Positions 46,633-56,953 of a DNA stretch of 64,000 nt are shown here, one piece after another. The notes beneath the pieces are model-generated. The model was not told the DNA's origin. It ran no database searches and worked only from the letters and a program-made list of their open reading frames with translations. The stretch is from an uncultured Mycoplasmatota bacterium (GTDB lineage: Bacteria; Bacillota_I; Bacilli_A; RF39; UBA660): contig CANPPW010000002.1 in NCBI GenBank assembly GCA_947576095.1, forward strand, positions 3,776 to 67,775. Reading direction: 5' to 3'. The translations under genes were made by a program, and so were the position numbers. Within the stretch, counting starts at the first letter, position 1. Each line of letters starts with the position of its first letter.

Positions 46633-48048
46633 ATGAAAAAAACAAAAATTGTTTGTAGTATTGGTCCAGCTACACAAACTTGGGAAGCCTTCAAGGGTCT
46701 TGTAGAGGCTGGAATGAATGTGGCTCGTATCAATTTCTCACATGCCACTTTGGAAGAGAGAGCACTAGATGAAGCTTTGGTTAAAAGAGCCAATGAAGAA
46801 TTGAATGCGAATATAGCTATTTTATATGATACAAAAGGACCTGATTTAAGAACATGTAGCTTTAAGGATGATAAGATTGAACTTATTGCTGGAAATAGGA
46901 TTCGAATTGTTGAAGAAGATATTGAAGGAACAAGTGAACAAATTTGTTTTAACTATAAAGGAATTATTAAAGATTTAAAAGTTGGAATGGAAATTTTAGT
47001 TGATGATGGATTTTATAAATTAATTGTAGAAGAGACAGATACTGATGGGGAAGGTGCTACTTGTCGTATTGTAAATGGTGGTATTATAAAAAGTAGACGT
47101 GGTGTTTGTATCCCTGGTATTAAATTAGACATTCCATATATCAGTGAAAAAGATGAAGAGGATATCAAATATGCATGTGAGCACGATGGAGATTTCCTAG
47201 CTATTTCATTTGTAAATAGTGCAGACGATATTAGACAGGCGAGAGCATTGTGTGCAAAATATGGGAAACCTAATATGCCGATTATCTCTAAGGTGGAAAC
47301 ACAATATGCTATGGATAATTTGGATGAAATTGTAGATGAATCTGATGTAATTATGATAGCTCGTGGTGACCTTGGAATTGAAACTGGTGTTGAAAACTTG
47401 CCTCTATATCAACAAATGATGATTGATAAGTGTCATGCTAAAGGAAAAAGAACGATTATGGCAACTCAAATGATGTATAGTATGAAAACAAACATTAGAC
47501 CTACTAATGCAGAAGTTACGGATGTATCGAATGCTGTATTAACTGGATGTGATGCCATTATGACAAGTGATGAAACAACTATTGGAAAATATCCAGTTGA
47601 AACAGTTCAAAAAATGGCTGAAATTTGTGAAAAAGTAGAAAGTTACTATACATATGAAGATAAATATCATGATGAGAGACAAAGAGATATTACATCTGTC
47701 ATTGCAGATAGTGTTGTAACAGCTAGTAAAGAGCTAGATACAAAAGTAATAGTAGCAGCTACAATGAGTGGACATACCGCTAGACTTATTAGTAATTTAA
47801 GACCTAAAGCTTTTGTTTTGGCAGCTTGTCCAACTGCTAAAACAGCAAAATCTTTAACACTTAGTTATGGTGTATATACCGCTTTAGTGCCAGTATATAA
47901 CAGCACAGATGAAGTTGTTGCAGATGCGAAAATTCAGGCTCAGAAATTCTTAAATATGAATTCTGGTGATGTAATGGTGATTACAGGGGGATTCCCTAAT
48001 AATACAGAAATAAAAACAACAAACTTTATGAAAATTGAAAAGATTTAA
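46633..48048 (+). CDS. pyk: Pyruvate kinase
   Basis: MKKTKIVCSIGPA, MVARGDLGIE motifs. 471 aa. Confidence 0.95.
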   Translation: MKKTKIVCSIGPATQTWEAFKGLVEAGMNVARINFSHATLEERALDEALVKRANEELNANIAILYDTKGPDLRTCSFKDDKIELIAGNRIRIVEEDIEGTSEQICFNYKGIIKDLKVGMEILVDDGFYKLIVEETDTDGEGATCRIVNGGIIKSRRGVCIPGIKLDIPYISEKDEEDIKYACEHDGDFLAISFVNSADDIRQARALCAKYGKPNMPIISKVETQYAMDNLDEIVDESDVIMIARGDLGIETGVENLPLYQQMMIDKCHAKGKRTIMATQMMYSMKTNIRPTNAEVTDVSNAVLTGCDAIMTSDETTIGKYPVETVQKMAEICEKVESYYTYEDKYHDERQRDITSVIADSVVTASKELDTKVIVAATMSGHTARLISNLRPKAFVLAACPTAKTAKSLTLSYGVYTALVPVYNSTDEVVADAKIQAQKFLNMNSGDVMVITGGFPNNTEIKTTNFMKIEKI

Positions 48049-48049
48049 T

Positions 48050-48085
48050 AAAAAACGATTGATTTTAAAGAGTCAATCGTTTTTA
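48050..48085. terminator. Bidirectional terminator between pyk and tmcAL
   Basis: AAAAACGATTGA-N10-TCAATCGTTTTT. Confidence 0.65.
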
Positions 48086-49245
48086 AATGTATTTATATTG
48101 ATTTGAATGGGAGGCATTTTAAATTCTTTTTCAATTAATTCCTTTTTTTTATTTTCTGGAAGTAGAGTGGCATACACACTTGTTATACGCATTTCCAAAT
48201 CTAACATAGCATTTTTATAGGAGCCAAAATTTGTAACAATAGGAAGTGTAATTTCCTTCTTTTTTTCGTTTAGATATTTACGCCCTGTTTGATTAAATCC
48301 AAGTACGCGAATATATTCTATATGTGAGAATTTCATTGCTTCTTCCTTTGTAAAATTACATAGAATATGAGTAAACATTCTAGAAATTCGATTGTAAGTA
48401 TACCGTTTTGTTTTTATTTTTTGTATTAAAGATTCTAGCGTTTCAGATTCATAAATATGTTTTTTGATTCTAGAAGCAATCGATTCATCTACTGTTTGAA
48501 ATTGTTGAAGATTTGATAGATGTAGTAGAATTTGGTATTTTAAAAATGGAAAATAATCCTCATTAAAGTATATATGATTTAAGTGTTTTTTTGTTTCAGA
48601 AGGAATATAATAGGTAATATCTTTCCCATCTTTGATAGCATTTCTAATTGCACTTGCACTACTTATTTTTTGTAAATTTAAATTATGATATTCTCCTATT
48701 CTTAAAATGGGAATTGGTTTGATTTTACTTTTCTTTTCGTCAATTGCCTTTATATAACCTAAAGCTAGTAAGTCGTTAGGGGAATCAATCATATTTACCT
48801 TAAAACAATTAAGAGCTTTGGCACAGGCCGTTGGATAATTAAATCCTTTTTTAATATACTGTTTAATTTTACAGTTATATTCATCATTATGCATTTGTAT
48901 GGATGCTAATTTTTGAAGTAAATGGATATCAGCACATTCGCTACCAAATACAATCGCCTCAACCTTTAGAGCATCTAATATTTCAATTGCACCTCTAGCA
49001 AATATATCAGCACTTTGTGTGGCAAAAGGAAAGGGAAGTTCTATAACCAAATCAATTCCCATTTTCAGTGCGATCTCTGTTTTTTCCCATTTATTTATAA
49101 TGCTAATTTCACCTCTTTGCATAAAGTGTGAACTCATGATAAGAATAATGGCAGAATCAGGAAATAGCTCTTTTGTTTTTTCTAGATGATAGATATGACC
49201 ATTGTGAAATGGATTGTATTCACAAATAATACCTACAGATTTCAT
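48073..49245 (-). CDS. tmcAL: tRNA(Met) cytidine acetate ligase TmcAL (YlbM family nucleotidyltransferase)
   Basis: MKSVGIICEYNPFHNGHIYH matches YlbM/TmcAL N-terminus. Confidence 0.8.
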   Translation of the reverse strand: MKSVGIICEYNPFHNGHIYHLEKTKELFPDSAIILIMSSHFMQRGEISIINKWEKTEIALKMGIDLVIELPFPFATQSADIFARGAIEILDALKVEAIVFGSECADIHLLQKLASIQMHNDEYNCKIKQYIKKGFNYPTACAKALNCFKVNMIDSPNDLLALGYIKAIDEKKSKIKPIPILRIGEYHNLNLQKISSASAIRNAIKDGKDITYYIPSETKKHLNHIYFNEDYFPFLKYQILLHLSNLQQFQTVDESIASRIKKHIYESETLESLIQKIKTKRYTYNRISRMFTHILCNFTKEEAMKFSHIEYIRVLGFNQTGRKYLNEKKKEITLPIVTNFGSYKNAMLDLEMRITSVYATLLPENKKKELIEKEFKMPPIQININTFKND

Positions 49246-49396
49246 ATTTCACCTCTTTTTTTTAATCATAACATATTATTCTTGTTAAGAAAAGGATTTC
49301 ATAGAATGTATTAGGGTGCGAATGAAATAGACCTTATATAGATTTTATAATATTAGTTTTAAAAATGTGTTATACCAAGATGAGGAAGGAAATGAA

Positions 49397-49616
49397 ATGA
49401 AAGAAAGGGAAAGAATCATTATAAATTATTATTTTGGTTTTCATAATCATAATCGAATGAAACAGTCAAAAATAGCCAATATATTAAGCATTGATTTCTA
49501 GAATTACGCTTCGAACTTTAAAAGATATCAAATGCAATTTACAAAATCAGGATATTATAGAAATGTTCTCTTCGCAGAATACGAAAAAAATATATAATAT
49601 TGTTTCTTTGAATTGA
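49397..49616 (+). pseudogene. Small sigma-70-region-4/YlxM-like HTH gene interrupted by an apparent +2/-1 frameshift near 49500
   Basis: GAGGAAGGA RBS. ORF MKERERIIINYYFGFHNHNRMKQSKIANILSIDF* continues in another frame as SRITLRTLKDIKCNLQNQDIIEMFSSQNTKKIYNIVSLN*. Joined, it resembles an ERERxxxxLYYFxGxSxxEIAxxLGISxSxVxxxLxRAxxKL HTH. Confidence 0.4.
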
Positions 49617-49649
49617 TTGTTTTTTTGTAGAAATTTTAGTATAATATTA

Positions 49650-50150
49650 ATGCTTGGAGGTGGAATTTTGGAAATTGATTTATTAAAACTTAAAAATGAT
49701 TTAATAGACCAGGTTGATATTGATGAGACTTTATCTTTTCAAAAAGAAGACTTAAAAAATACAACGATTTTAGAATTAAAAAATGTACATGTAAGAGGAA
49801 TGATTACTCGTAGTACAGATCACTATAATCTAAGTTTAATAATTGATGGGGTAATGATTTTGCCATGTGCTTTAACGCTTAAACCAACTTCCCATGCTTT
49901 TACAATATCAATAGAGGATGATTTATTGACATTATTTAAAGAAATTGATGAAAATATAAAAAAAATAGAAAATAGTATTGATATTTTACCAATTATATGG
50001 GAAAATATATTAATGGAAATTCCCATAAAAGTTGTAAATGACGATGTTTCTTCTATGAAAATAGAAGGAGATGGTTGGAAATTTATAACTGATGAAGAAA
50101 CAAAAGAAGTTGTGAATTCTGAATTTGAAAAATTAAAGGATTTATTTTAA
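49650..50150 (+). CDS. yceD: YceD/DUF177-family protein (23S rRNA accumulation protein) preceding rpmF
   Basis: Conserved position upstream of L32. Alternative TTG start at 49668 with GGAGG RBS. Confidence 0.7.
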   Translation: MLGGGILEIDLLKLKNDLIDQVDIDETLSFQKEDLKNTTILELKNVHVRGMITRSTDHYNLSLIIDGVMILPCALTLKPTSHAFTISIEDDLLTLFKEIDENIKKIENSIDILPIIWENILMEIPIKVVNDDVSSMKIEGDGWKFITDEETKEVVNSEFEKLKDLF

Positions 50151-50167
50151 TGAAAAGAGGTGTAGGA

Positions 50168-50374
50168 ATGAAATTAGATTTACAGATGTTTGCAGTACCT
50201 TTTAGAAAGGTAAGTAAAACAAGAGGAAGAAAAAGAAGAACGCATTATAAAATTAGTGAAAATGCAACTGTAAAATGTCCAAAATGTGGTGAAGAAGTAA
50301 GACCACATAGAGTATGTGCAGCTTGTGGAAATTATAAGGGAAAAGAAGTGATAAAAAAAGAAATAGCTGAATAG
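50168..50374 (+). CDS. rpmF: 50S ribosomal protein L32
   Basis: [20 protein letters not shown] and [14 protein letters not shown] zinc ribbon. AAGAGGTG RBS before ATG 50168. Confidence 0.85.
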   Translation: MKLDLQMFAVPFRKVSKTRGRKRRTHYKISENATVKCPKCGEEVRPHRVCAACGNYKGKEVIKKEIAE

Positions 50375-50443
50375 TTATTTTTTTTAAAAACATTTACGAA
50401 CATATGTTTTTGTGATATACTATAAAAAGGGATGGTGTATAAT

Positions 50444-50956
50444 ATGAGAAATTTATATATTGATTTTGATGGTGTCATTATGGATACAATAACCAATTCA
50501 TACAAAATGATAAAAGAGTTAGGTATTGATTTAAATGATAGTGAAAAAGTTATTGCTTTTTATAAAGAATTGAACTGGGAAAAGTTGTTAAATGAAAGCC
50601 TAGAAATACATGATGCATTTGATGAAATAGATAAATTGATTAAAAGTGGGAAGTTTCATGTAAATATTTTAACACATGTTACGTCTTTAAATGAGGCTGA
50701 AGCCAAAATTAACTTTGTTAGACAAAAACTGCAAGAAATTTCCATTATTACAGTTCCTAAGTCTATAGATAAAGCACGAATGGTACAGGCTAAAAATTCT
50801 ATATTAATAGATGATTATATAGGTAATTTGGAAAAATGGAAAGCAGCTGGGGGAATTGGGGTGCGATTTTCAACTAAATTAAATGGAAAAGGATTTCAGG
50901 CCATTGCCTATTTAAATCAAATTATTGAACTTGTAAAAGATGGAGAAATGGTGTAA
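50444..50956 (+). CDS. HAD-superfamily 5'(3')-deoxyribonucleotidase-like hydrolase
   Basis: HAD motif I YIDFDGVIMDT and C-terminal ILIDDY motif. Confidence 0.6.
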   Translation: MRNLYIDFDGVIMDTITNSYKMIKELGIDLNDSEKVIAFYKELNWEKLLNESLEIHDAFDEIDKLIKSGKFHVNILTHVTSLNEAEAKINFVRQKLQEISIITVPKSIDKARMVQAKNSILIDDYIGNLEKWKAAGGIGVRFSTKLNGKGFQAIAYLNQIIELVKDGEMV

Positions 50957-51046
50957 TACTTTTGTTTTTTTCCAAGATAATTTATTTTGCATTTTTTTTC
51001 TTTTTATGTTAAAATACTCAATTAAGAAATAAAAAGGGAGGCTAGT

Positions 51047-51766
51047 ATGTATATTGAATTTTTAGTAAGGAATAATTTTAGACAAAAATATTTGGATTTA
51101 TTTGCACAACGGTTTTCTTATGGAAGTTTGACAATAGAAAATGAGATGAATGGATATACAGATACAGAAAGTATAGTAAAAATTTATAATAATAAGATTG
51201 CCTTTGAAAAGTTATTAGATGAAAATAAGGAAAGGCTTAATATTGGAGATATTCAGGATGTTGCAAGCACAGTACATCAAAATTTAAAATATTTTTCAGA
51301 TGGATTTCGTAAGATCAATATTATGGTTCAAGGCGCGCCTTTTGTTCCGCCAGCTCCGGAACAAGTTTATGAAGCTATGTATTATTTATTAAATTCTTAT
51401 TACAAAATATGGGATTTATTACCTACATTTGAAAGAGAAGCAAGGTTTCATATTGGCTTTATACAAATACATCCTTTTGAAGATGGAAATGGTAGAACTG
51501 GTCGAATTCTCATGAATTATAATTTGTGTAAAAATAATAAAGCACCAATTGTTATAGAAAAAAAGGATAGAGGGGTCTATTTTGATTTAATTAATCATAG
51601 TGATGTTACAGGCCTGGCACAATTTATTAAAGAAAAATCGAATCAAGAATTAGAAGTTATGATGCAATTATATAGTCAAATATGTGGAGATAATGATATT
51701 AATTCTGATATAAAAGAAAATGATCAAAATGTTAAAATATATAATTTACAAAGGAAAGCAGTTTAA
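51047..51766 (+). CDS. Fic/Doc-family protein (Fido domain) with N-terminal inhibitory motif
   Basis: Canonical Fic motif HPFEDGNGRTGR. N-terminal SLTIEN fits (S/T)xxxE(G/N) auto-inhibition motif. Confidence 0.85.
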   Translation: MYIEFLVRNNFRQKYLDLFAQRFSYGSLTIENEMNGYTDTESIVKIYNNKIAFEKLLDENKERLNIGDIQDVASTVHQNLKYFSDGFRKINIMVQGAPFVPPAPEQVYEAMYYLLNSYYKIWDLLPTFEREARFHIGFIQIHPFEDGNGRTGRILMNYNLCKNNKAPIVIEKKDRGVYFDLINHSDVTGLAQFIKEKSNQELEVMMQLYSQICGDNDINSDIKENDQNVKIYNLQRKAV

Positions 51767-51767
51767 A

Positions 51768-51794
51768 ATAGCACTCTATATTGACGAGTGCTAT
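51768..51794. promoter_or_regulatory. CIRCE element (HrcA operator): aTAGCACTC-N9-GAGTGCTAt
   Basis: Near-perfect match to TTAGCACTC-N9-GAGTGCTAA. Overlaps the -35 of the clpB promoter. Confidence 0.8.
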
Positions 51795-51809
51795 TTTTCG
51801 TGATATAAT
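51781..51809 (+). promoter_or_regulatory. Sigma-A type promoter of clpB (TTGACG-N17-TATAAT)
   Basis: Consensus -35 and -10 hexamers with 17-nt spacer. Confidence 0.7.
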
Positions 51810-51817
51810 GTAGATAT

Positions 51818-51833
51818 TGGTTATATATAACCA
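51818..51833. promoter_or_regulatory. Perfect 16-bp palindrome TGGTTATATATAACCA in clpB leader
   Basis: Seen directly. Lies between -10 and RBS. Confidence 0.4.
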
Positions 51834-51860
51834 GTTATTTATAAAAAGGAGGTCGTATAT

Positions 51861-53978
51861 ATGAATATGCAAAATCCATATGAAGAAAACTTACAAAAAC
51901 CCCTTGAAAAATATGGTAGAAATATTGTTCAGAACGTAAAAGATGGGAAGGTAGATCCTGTGATTGGTCGTGATGATGAAATTCGTTCAATTACACGAAT
52001 TTTATCTAGAAAAACAAAAAATAACCCTGTTTTAATTGGGGAACCAGGAGTAGGGAAAACGGCTATCATAGAAGGTTTAGCACAAAGGATTGTGAAAGGT
52101 GATATTCCTGATTCCTTGAAAGGAAAAACAATTTGGGAATTAGATATGGGCTCATTAATTGCGGGTGCTAAATATAGAGGAGAGTTTGAAGAAAGATTAA
52201 AAGCAGTTTTAAAAGAAGTAAAAGATTCAGATGGTGAAATCATTATGTTTATTGATGAAATCCATATGATTGTAGGTGCAGGCGCTTTAGAAGGGGCAAT
52301 GGATGCTGGAAATATGTTAAAACCTATGCTGGCACGTGGTGAGATTCATGTTATTGGTGCCACAACTCTCAATGAATATAGAAAATATATAGAAAAAGAT
52401 GGTGCCTTAGAGCGTAGATTTCAAAAGGTACAAGTGAAAGAACCAACTGTTTTGGATGCAATCACCATTTTAAGAGGATTGAAGCAAAGATTTGAAGTTT
52501 ATCATGGTGTAACTATTAAAGATAAGGCCTTAATAGCTGCCGCCACTTTATCAGATCGTTATATTACGGATCGTTTTTTGCCAGATAAAGCGATAGATTT
52601 GATTGATGAAGCTTGTGCAACAATAAAGGTACAAATGGATTCTGTTCCGACCAATTTGGATACACTTTCTCGTAATATTATGAGACTTGAAGTGGAAAAA
52701 CAGGCTTTAAAGAAAGAAAAAGATGATATATCACGTAACAGAGTAGAAGAGATTAATAAAAAATTAGAAAAAATGAAGGAAGAAGAATCCCAATTAAGAA
52801 AAGAATGGGAAGATGAAAAGCATATTAATGATCAAATAAATGGGAAAAAAGAGGAGATAGAAAAATGTCATTTTAAACTTGAACAAGCTGAAAATGATTA
52901 TGATTTAGAAATGGCAGCAAAATTGCGGCATGGGACTCTTCCTAAACTAGAAGCTGAATTAGAAGATTTAAAGAAACAAGATATATCAAAACTATTAAGT
53001 GATACAGTTGATGAAGAATCGATCGCATCTATTATTTCTAAATGGACTAATATTCCTATTAGTAAATTAGTAGGTACAGAAAGGGAAAAATTATTACATC
53101 TTAAAGATAATCTGAAAAAAAGAGTTAAGGGACAGGATCAAGTATTAACACTTGTTAGTGAAGCAATTTTGCGAAGTCGTTCTGGTATTAAAGATCCTAA
53201 TAAACCGATCGGTTCTTTCATTTTTTTAGGTCCAACGGGTGTTGGTAAGACAGAAGTGGCGAGAAGTCTTGCCTATGAACTATTTGATGATGAAAGACAT
53301 ATGGTTCGGATTGATATGAGTGAATATATGGAGTCACATAGTGTATCAAGACTTGTTGGAGCTCCTCCAGGATATATAGGATATGATGAGGGAGGACAAC
53401 TGACAGAAGCTGTTAGAAGAAATCCTTATAGTATTGTTTTGTTTGATGAAATTGAAAAAGCTCATAAAGACGTTTTTAACTTACTTTTACAAATTTTAGA
53501 TGATGGTAGAATTACAGATTCACAAGGAAGAACAGTTGATTTTAAAAATACAATCATTATTATGACATCTAACTTAGGTAGTGAATATATACTTGAAAAT
53601 AAAAATGAAGCGAAAGAACTGGTGATGAATGAATTAAGACATACCTTTAAACCTGAGTTTTTAAATCGTATTGATGAAATTATTTTATTTAATTCACTAG
53701 AAAAAGGTATTGTTTATGATATTTTAAATAAAATTATTTCGGAAATTGAACAAAGATTATCAGATAAAAAAATAAAAATTGTATTAGATGAGAAAGCTAA
53801 AGATTATATTATTGAAAGTGCTTATGATGAAAGATATGGTGCAAGACCAATTAAGCGTTTTGTTTCACGGCATTTAGAAACCTTAATCGCCAAAAATATT
53901 ATTGCTAGTCAAATTCATTTTGGAGAAACGATTCGAGTAAGTGCTAATAAAGAAAATTTGATATTAGAGGGGAAATAG
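51861..53978 (+). CDS. clpB: ClpB-type AAA+ disaggregase lacking the N-terminal domain
   Basis: Two AAA+ modules ([10 protein letters not shown]; GPTGVGKTE), long coiled-coil M-domain between them. Protein begins at the D1 region ([23 protein letters not shown]). AAAGGAGG RBS and promoter sit directly upstream, so no room for an N-domain exon. Confidence 0.85.
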   Translation: MNMQNPYEENLQKPLEKYGRNIVQNVKDGKVDPVIGRDDEIRSITRILSRKTKNNPVLIGEPGVGKTAIIEGLAQRIVKGDIPDSLKGKTIWELDMGSLIAGAKYRGEFEERLKAVLKEVKDSDGEIIMFIDEIHMIVGAGALEGAMDAGNMLKPMLARGEIHVIGATTLNEYRKYIEKDGALERRFQKVQVKEPTVLDAITILRGLKQRFEVYHGVTIKDKALIAAATLSDRYITDRFLPDKAIDLIDEACATIKVQMDSVPTNLDTLSRNIMRLEVEKQALKKEKDDISRNRVEEINKKLEKMKEEESQLRKEWEDEKHINDQINGKKEEIEKCHFKLEQAENDYDLEMAAKLRHGTLPKLEAELEDLKKQDISKLLSDTVDEESIASIISKWTNIPISKLVGTEREKLLHLKDNLKKRVKGQDQVLTLVSEAILRSRSGIKDPNKPIGSFIFLGPTGVGKTEVARSLAYELFDDERHMVRIDMSEYMESHSVSRLVGAPPGYIGYDEGGQLTEAVRRNPYSIVLFDEIEKAHKDVFNLLLQILDDGRITDSQGRTVDFKNTIIIMTSNLGSEYILENKNEAKELVMNELRHTFKPEFLNRIDEIILFNSLEKGIVYDILNKIISEIEQRLSDKKIKIVLDEKAKDYIIESAYDERYGARPIKRFVSRHLETLIAKNIIASQIHFGETIRVSANKENLILEGK

Positions 53979-53990
53979 CCCTCTTTTTAT
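53967..53990 (+). terminator. Rho-independent terminator after clpB
   Basis: GAGGG-gaaatag-CCCTC followed by TTTTTAT. The stop codon lies in the loop. Confidence 0.6.
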
Positions 53991-54044
53991 ATAGATTTTT
54001 TTTGCATTTTAGTATATAATGGTAACCATAAATGAGGTGATATA

Positions 54045-55352
54045 ATGTTTGAAAATTTGGGTGAAAGATTAACTCGTGTAGTGGATAAAATGAGAGGATA
54101 TGGAAGGATTACAGAAGAAAATGTAAGTGAAATTGTAAGAGAAATAAGACTTGCATTATTAGAAGCTGATGTAAATTATCAGGTTGTAAAAGAATTTGTT
54201 GCAAATGTAAAGCAAAAGGCTTTAGGAGAAGAAGTAAATAAAAGTTTAAAACCTGGTGAAGTTTTTGTCAAAATTGTAAAAGATGAACTTGTCGAATTAT
54301 TAGGTGGAGATAGTGCACCTCTTTATGTAAATGGTAATCCTAGTATTTTGATGCTTGTAGGTCTTCAAGGAAGTGGAAAAACAACAACAATTGCTAAATT
54401 AGCAAATTATTTAAGAAAAAAAGAACACAAAAAACCACTTTTAGTTGCATGTGATGTATATAGACCAGCTGCAATTGATCAATTAAAGCAATTAGGGAGA
54501 GAACTATCAATTCCTGTATATGATGAAGGAGCAGGAAATCCTATCGAAATTGCCACTCATGCAACTAATTTTGCAAAAGAAAATGGATATGATTATATAT
54601 TAATTGATACTGCAGGAAGACTTCATATTGATGAGAAACTTATGAAAGAGCTTTCTGATATTACAGATGTAATTCATCCACAAGAAACTATACTTGTCTT
54701 AGATAGTATGACAGGACAGGATGCTATACATGTAATTGAGGGATTTCATGAAAAGTTACAGTTAACAGGTGCTATTTTGACAAAGTTAGATGGGGATACA
54801 AAAGGTGGAGTTGCTCTTTCAGTGCGCCATTTAACAAATGTTCCTATAAAATTTATTGGTGTAAGTGAAAAATTAGATGGACTTGAACCTTTTCATCCAG
54901 ACCGAATGGCTTCTCGGATTCTGGGCATGGGTGATCTTCTTTCTATGATCGAGAAAGCCGAAAATATTATGGATCAGGAAGAGGCTTTTGAAGCAGCCAA
55001 AAAGATGAAAAATGGAAAATTTGATTTAGAGGATTTTCTTGTGCAGTTTAAGCAAATAAAAAAATTAGGTCCTTTAGAAAATTTGATTAAGATGATTCCA
55101 GGTGCATCGAAACTAGGACTTCAAAATGTGAAAATTGATCCTAAAGATATTGCCCATATTGAAGCGATCATTCTTTCTATGACCCCTTATGAAAGAAGAC
55201 ATCCTGAGGTGTTAAAAGCTTCTAGGAAACAGAGAATTGCAAAAGGAAGTGCGAGAAGTGTTGAAGAAGTAAATCGCCTTTTAAAACAATTTGAACAAAT
55301 GAAAATGATGATGAAAAAAATGCAAAATGGAAATTTTAAGATGCCATTTTGA
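54045..55352 (+). CDS. ffh: Signal recognition particle protein Ffh
   Basis: GLQGSGKTTT, DTAGR, TKLDGDTKGG and Met-rich C-terminal M domain. Confidence 0.95.
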   Translation: MFENLGERLTRVVDKMRGYGRITEENVSEIVREIRLALLEADVNYQVVKEFVANVKQKALGEEVNKSLKPGEVFVKIVKDELVELLGGDSAPLYVNGNPSILMLVGLQGSGKTTTIAKLANYLRKKEHKKPLLVACDVYRPAAIDQLKQLGRELSIPVYDEGAGNPIEIATHATNFAKENGYDYILIDTAGRLHIDEKLMKELSDITDVIHPQETILVLDSMTGQDAIHVIEGFHEKLQLTGAILTKLDGDTKGGVALSVRHLTNVPIKFIGVSEKLDGLEPFHPDRMASRILGMGDLLSMIEKAENIMDQEEAFEAAKKMKNGKFDLEDFLVQFKQIKKLGPLENLIKMIPGASKLGLQNVKIDPKDIAHIEAIILSMTPYERRHPEVLKASRKQRIAKGSARSVEEVNRLLKQFEQMKMMMKKMQNGNFKMPF

Positions 55353-55481
55353 TTGTAAAAAATTTCCTAAGTAATAGGAGTTTTTTTTATCGTGGATATA
55401 TAAAAAATAATCAGAATCAGGCTTTTACCATATGCATTCTTATCTTACGTTCATATGATAGATTAGATAGGAGGAAGTATT

Positions 55482-55757
55482 ATGTTTGGAAGAAGATGTT
55501 GTAATCGCCAAAACATGGGATTTGGTTATGGAAACCAAGGTATGAATACTATTACAGAAGGTCAGGTTGTAGAACCAACTATTACAAAATGTGTAGAACA
55601 AGAATGTTATCATGAAGTACCACACATTTGCCCAATTCATACTCATGTAATTAAACGCGATATTTACAATCATACTTACACTCCACAATATTCTTGCTCA
55701 CAAGAAAATCAAGTTGTGAACAACGATTGTGGTGGATGTTCTGGTTTTGCTAACTAA
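55482..55757 (+). CDS. Spore coat protein CotD-like (His/Cys-rich)
   Basis: ECYHEVPHICPIHTHVIKRDIYNHTYTP pattern resembles CotD family. Upstream CATATGATA is sigma-K -10-like. Confidence 0.5.
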   Translation: MFGRRCCNRQNMGFGYGNQGMNTITEGQVVEPTITKCVEQECYHEVPHICPIHTHVIKRDIYNHTYTPQYSCSQENQVVNNDCGGCSGFAN

Positions 55758-55789
55758 GAGTACTTAAATAAGTAGTTGATTCACTTAAG

Positions 55790-55817
55790 AGAATAGAAAA
55801 AATCTATTCTTTTTTTT
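55790..55817 (+). terminator. Rho-independent terminator after cotD-like gene
   Basis: AGAATAGA-aaaaa-TCTATTCT followed by TTTTTTT. Confidence 0.7.
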
Positions 55818-56151
55818 GCAATTTCAAGTTATATTCAAAATTTTGAAGTTTATAGCTGGAATGTTTTTGTGTAAGCAAAAGAATTAAAATACTATAATAA
55901 TTATAAATTAGAATATACTATTTCTTTTGTTTTTTTATGGTGTTTTTTCAAAGTTATTTGTTTTATATAATCAATTAAGTAATTTTGATACTTTGAAAAT
56001 GAGAAATAATCAATTATTCATTCAACTCCATACTACTTGTTGGATTACTCTTGTCTCATGTTCCAACATTTTTGATGAAAACATTGCATTTTTTATATCA
56101 CTGTGTTATTATAAGTGAAGTTTCTTGCTTTATATAAAAGGAGGTAAGCAT

Positions 56152-56778
56152 ATGGAAGAGAAAGAATTTTATTTATATAAATCTGATGAAGAGTTATATG
56201 TAAATAAGGTTATATATGATCAAAAAAAATTCATGGAGTGGATTAATGATACTTCATTACGTTTAGGAGCTACTACTGAAAATGTGATAGAAGGAGGGCC
56301 AGAATATAATCATGCAAAATTAAACAGATTTAGAATGGAAAGAATTAGACGACCTCATTATTTTATACTTCAGCGTGATTTTTTAGGAAATTATAAAAAA
56401 GATTCGATACCTGGTTCTTTTAAAATTTATCATGATCCTACTATTATTAAAAAACTTTTAGCAGTTCAATATAGGAGTCCCATATATGAAGTTGAATCAA
56501 GAGATATGATGGGGGAACTTGATATCAAACATTATAGTATGTATGATGAATTTAATTTTTACTATCTTTATCAATTTCTATATGATTTTGATGGTTTAAA
56601 ACATCCTGAATATCTAGAGCTTGTAAAAGAGTATTTGAAACAATTTCAGTTTATAGAGACGCAAGAGACGATTATGCTTAAAGATTATCCAAGAAATAGT
56701 GATTATCAGTGGTTCATGTATAAAAGATCTGTAGCTTGTGCTAACCAAAAAATTTTATCTTTACGAGACATGAATTAA
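56152..56778 (+). CDS. Hypothetical protein
   Basis: AAAGGAGG RBS before ATG 56152. No recognisable motif. Confidence 0.45.
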   Translation: MEEKEFYLYKSDEELYVNKVIYDQKKFMEWINDTSLRLGATTENVIEGGPEYNHAKLNRFRMERIRRPHYFILQRDFLGNYKKDSIPGSFKIYHDPTIIKKLLAVQYRSPIYEVESRDMMGELDIKHYSMYDEFNFYYLYQFLYDFDGLKHPEYLELVKEYLKQFQFIETQETIMLKDYPRNSDYQWFMYKRSVACANQKILSLRDMN

Positions 56779-56953
56779 TATGTAAAACATCTTATAAAAT
56801 AATGAAAATAAGATGTTTTTTCTAATTACTAAAATATATTATAAAATAAGAGTATAAGAATTACATGGATAAACTATACTTTTTAGATGAAGAAAAATAT
56901 AAGATTTCTTTTTTAGAATCTATGATATAATAAATTTTAAAAGGAGTGATTCT

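Noticed and set aside
51929-52243. 104-aa minus ORF
   Set aside because: Antisense inside clpB.
54001-54023. Possible ffh promoter (TATAAT at 54015-54020)
   Set aside because: A -10 is present but there is no acceptable -35 at 17 nt (TAGATT) and no TG extension. Too weak to call. ffh may be partly read through from clpB despite the terminator.
55440-55688. 82-aa minus ORF
   Set aside because: Antisense to the cotD-like gene, which has a proper RBS and terminator.
55927-56118. 63-aa plus ORF
   Set aside because: No RBS. Sits in the promoter/leader region of the 56152 gene.
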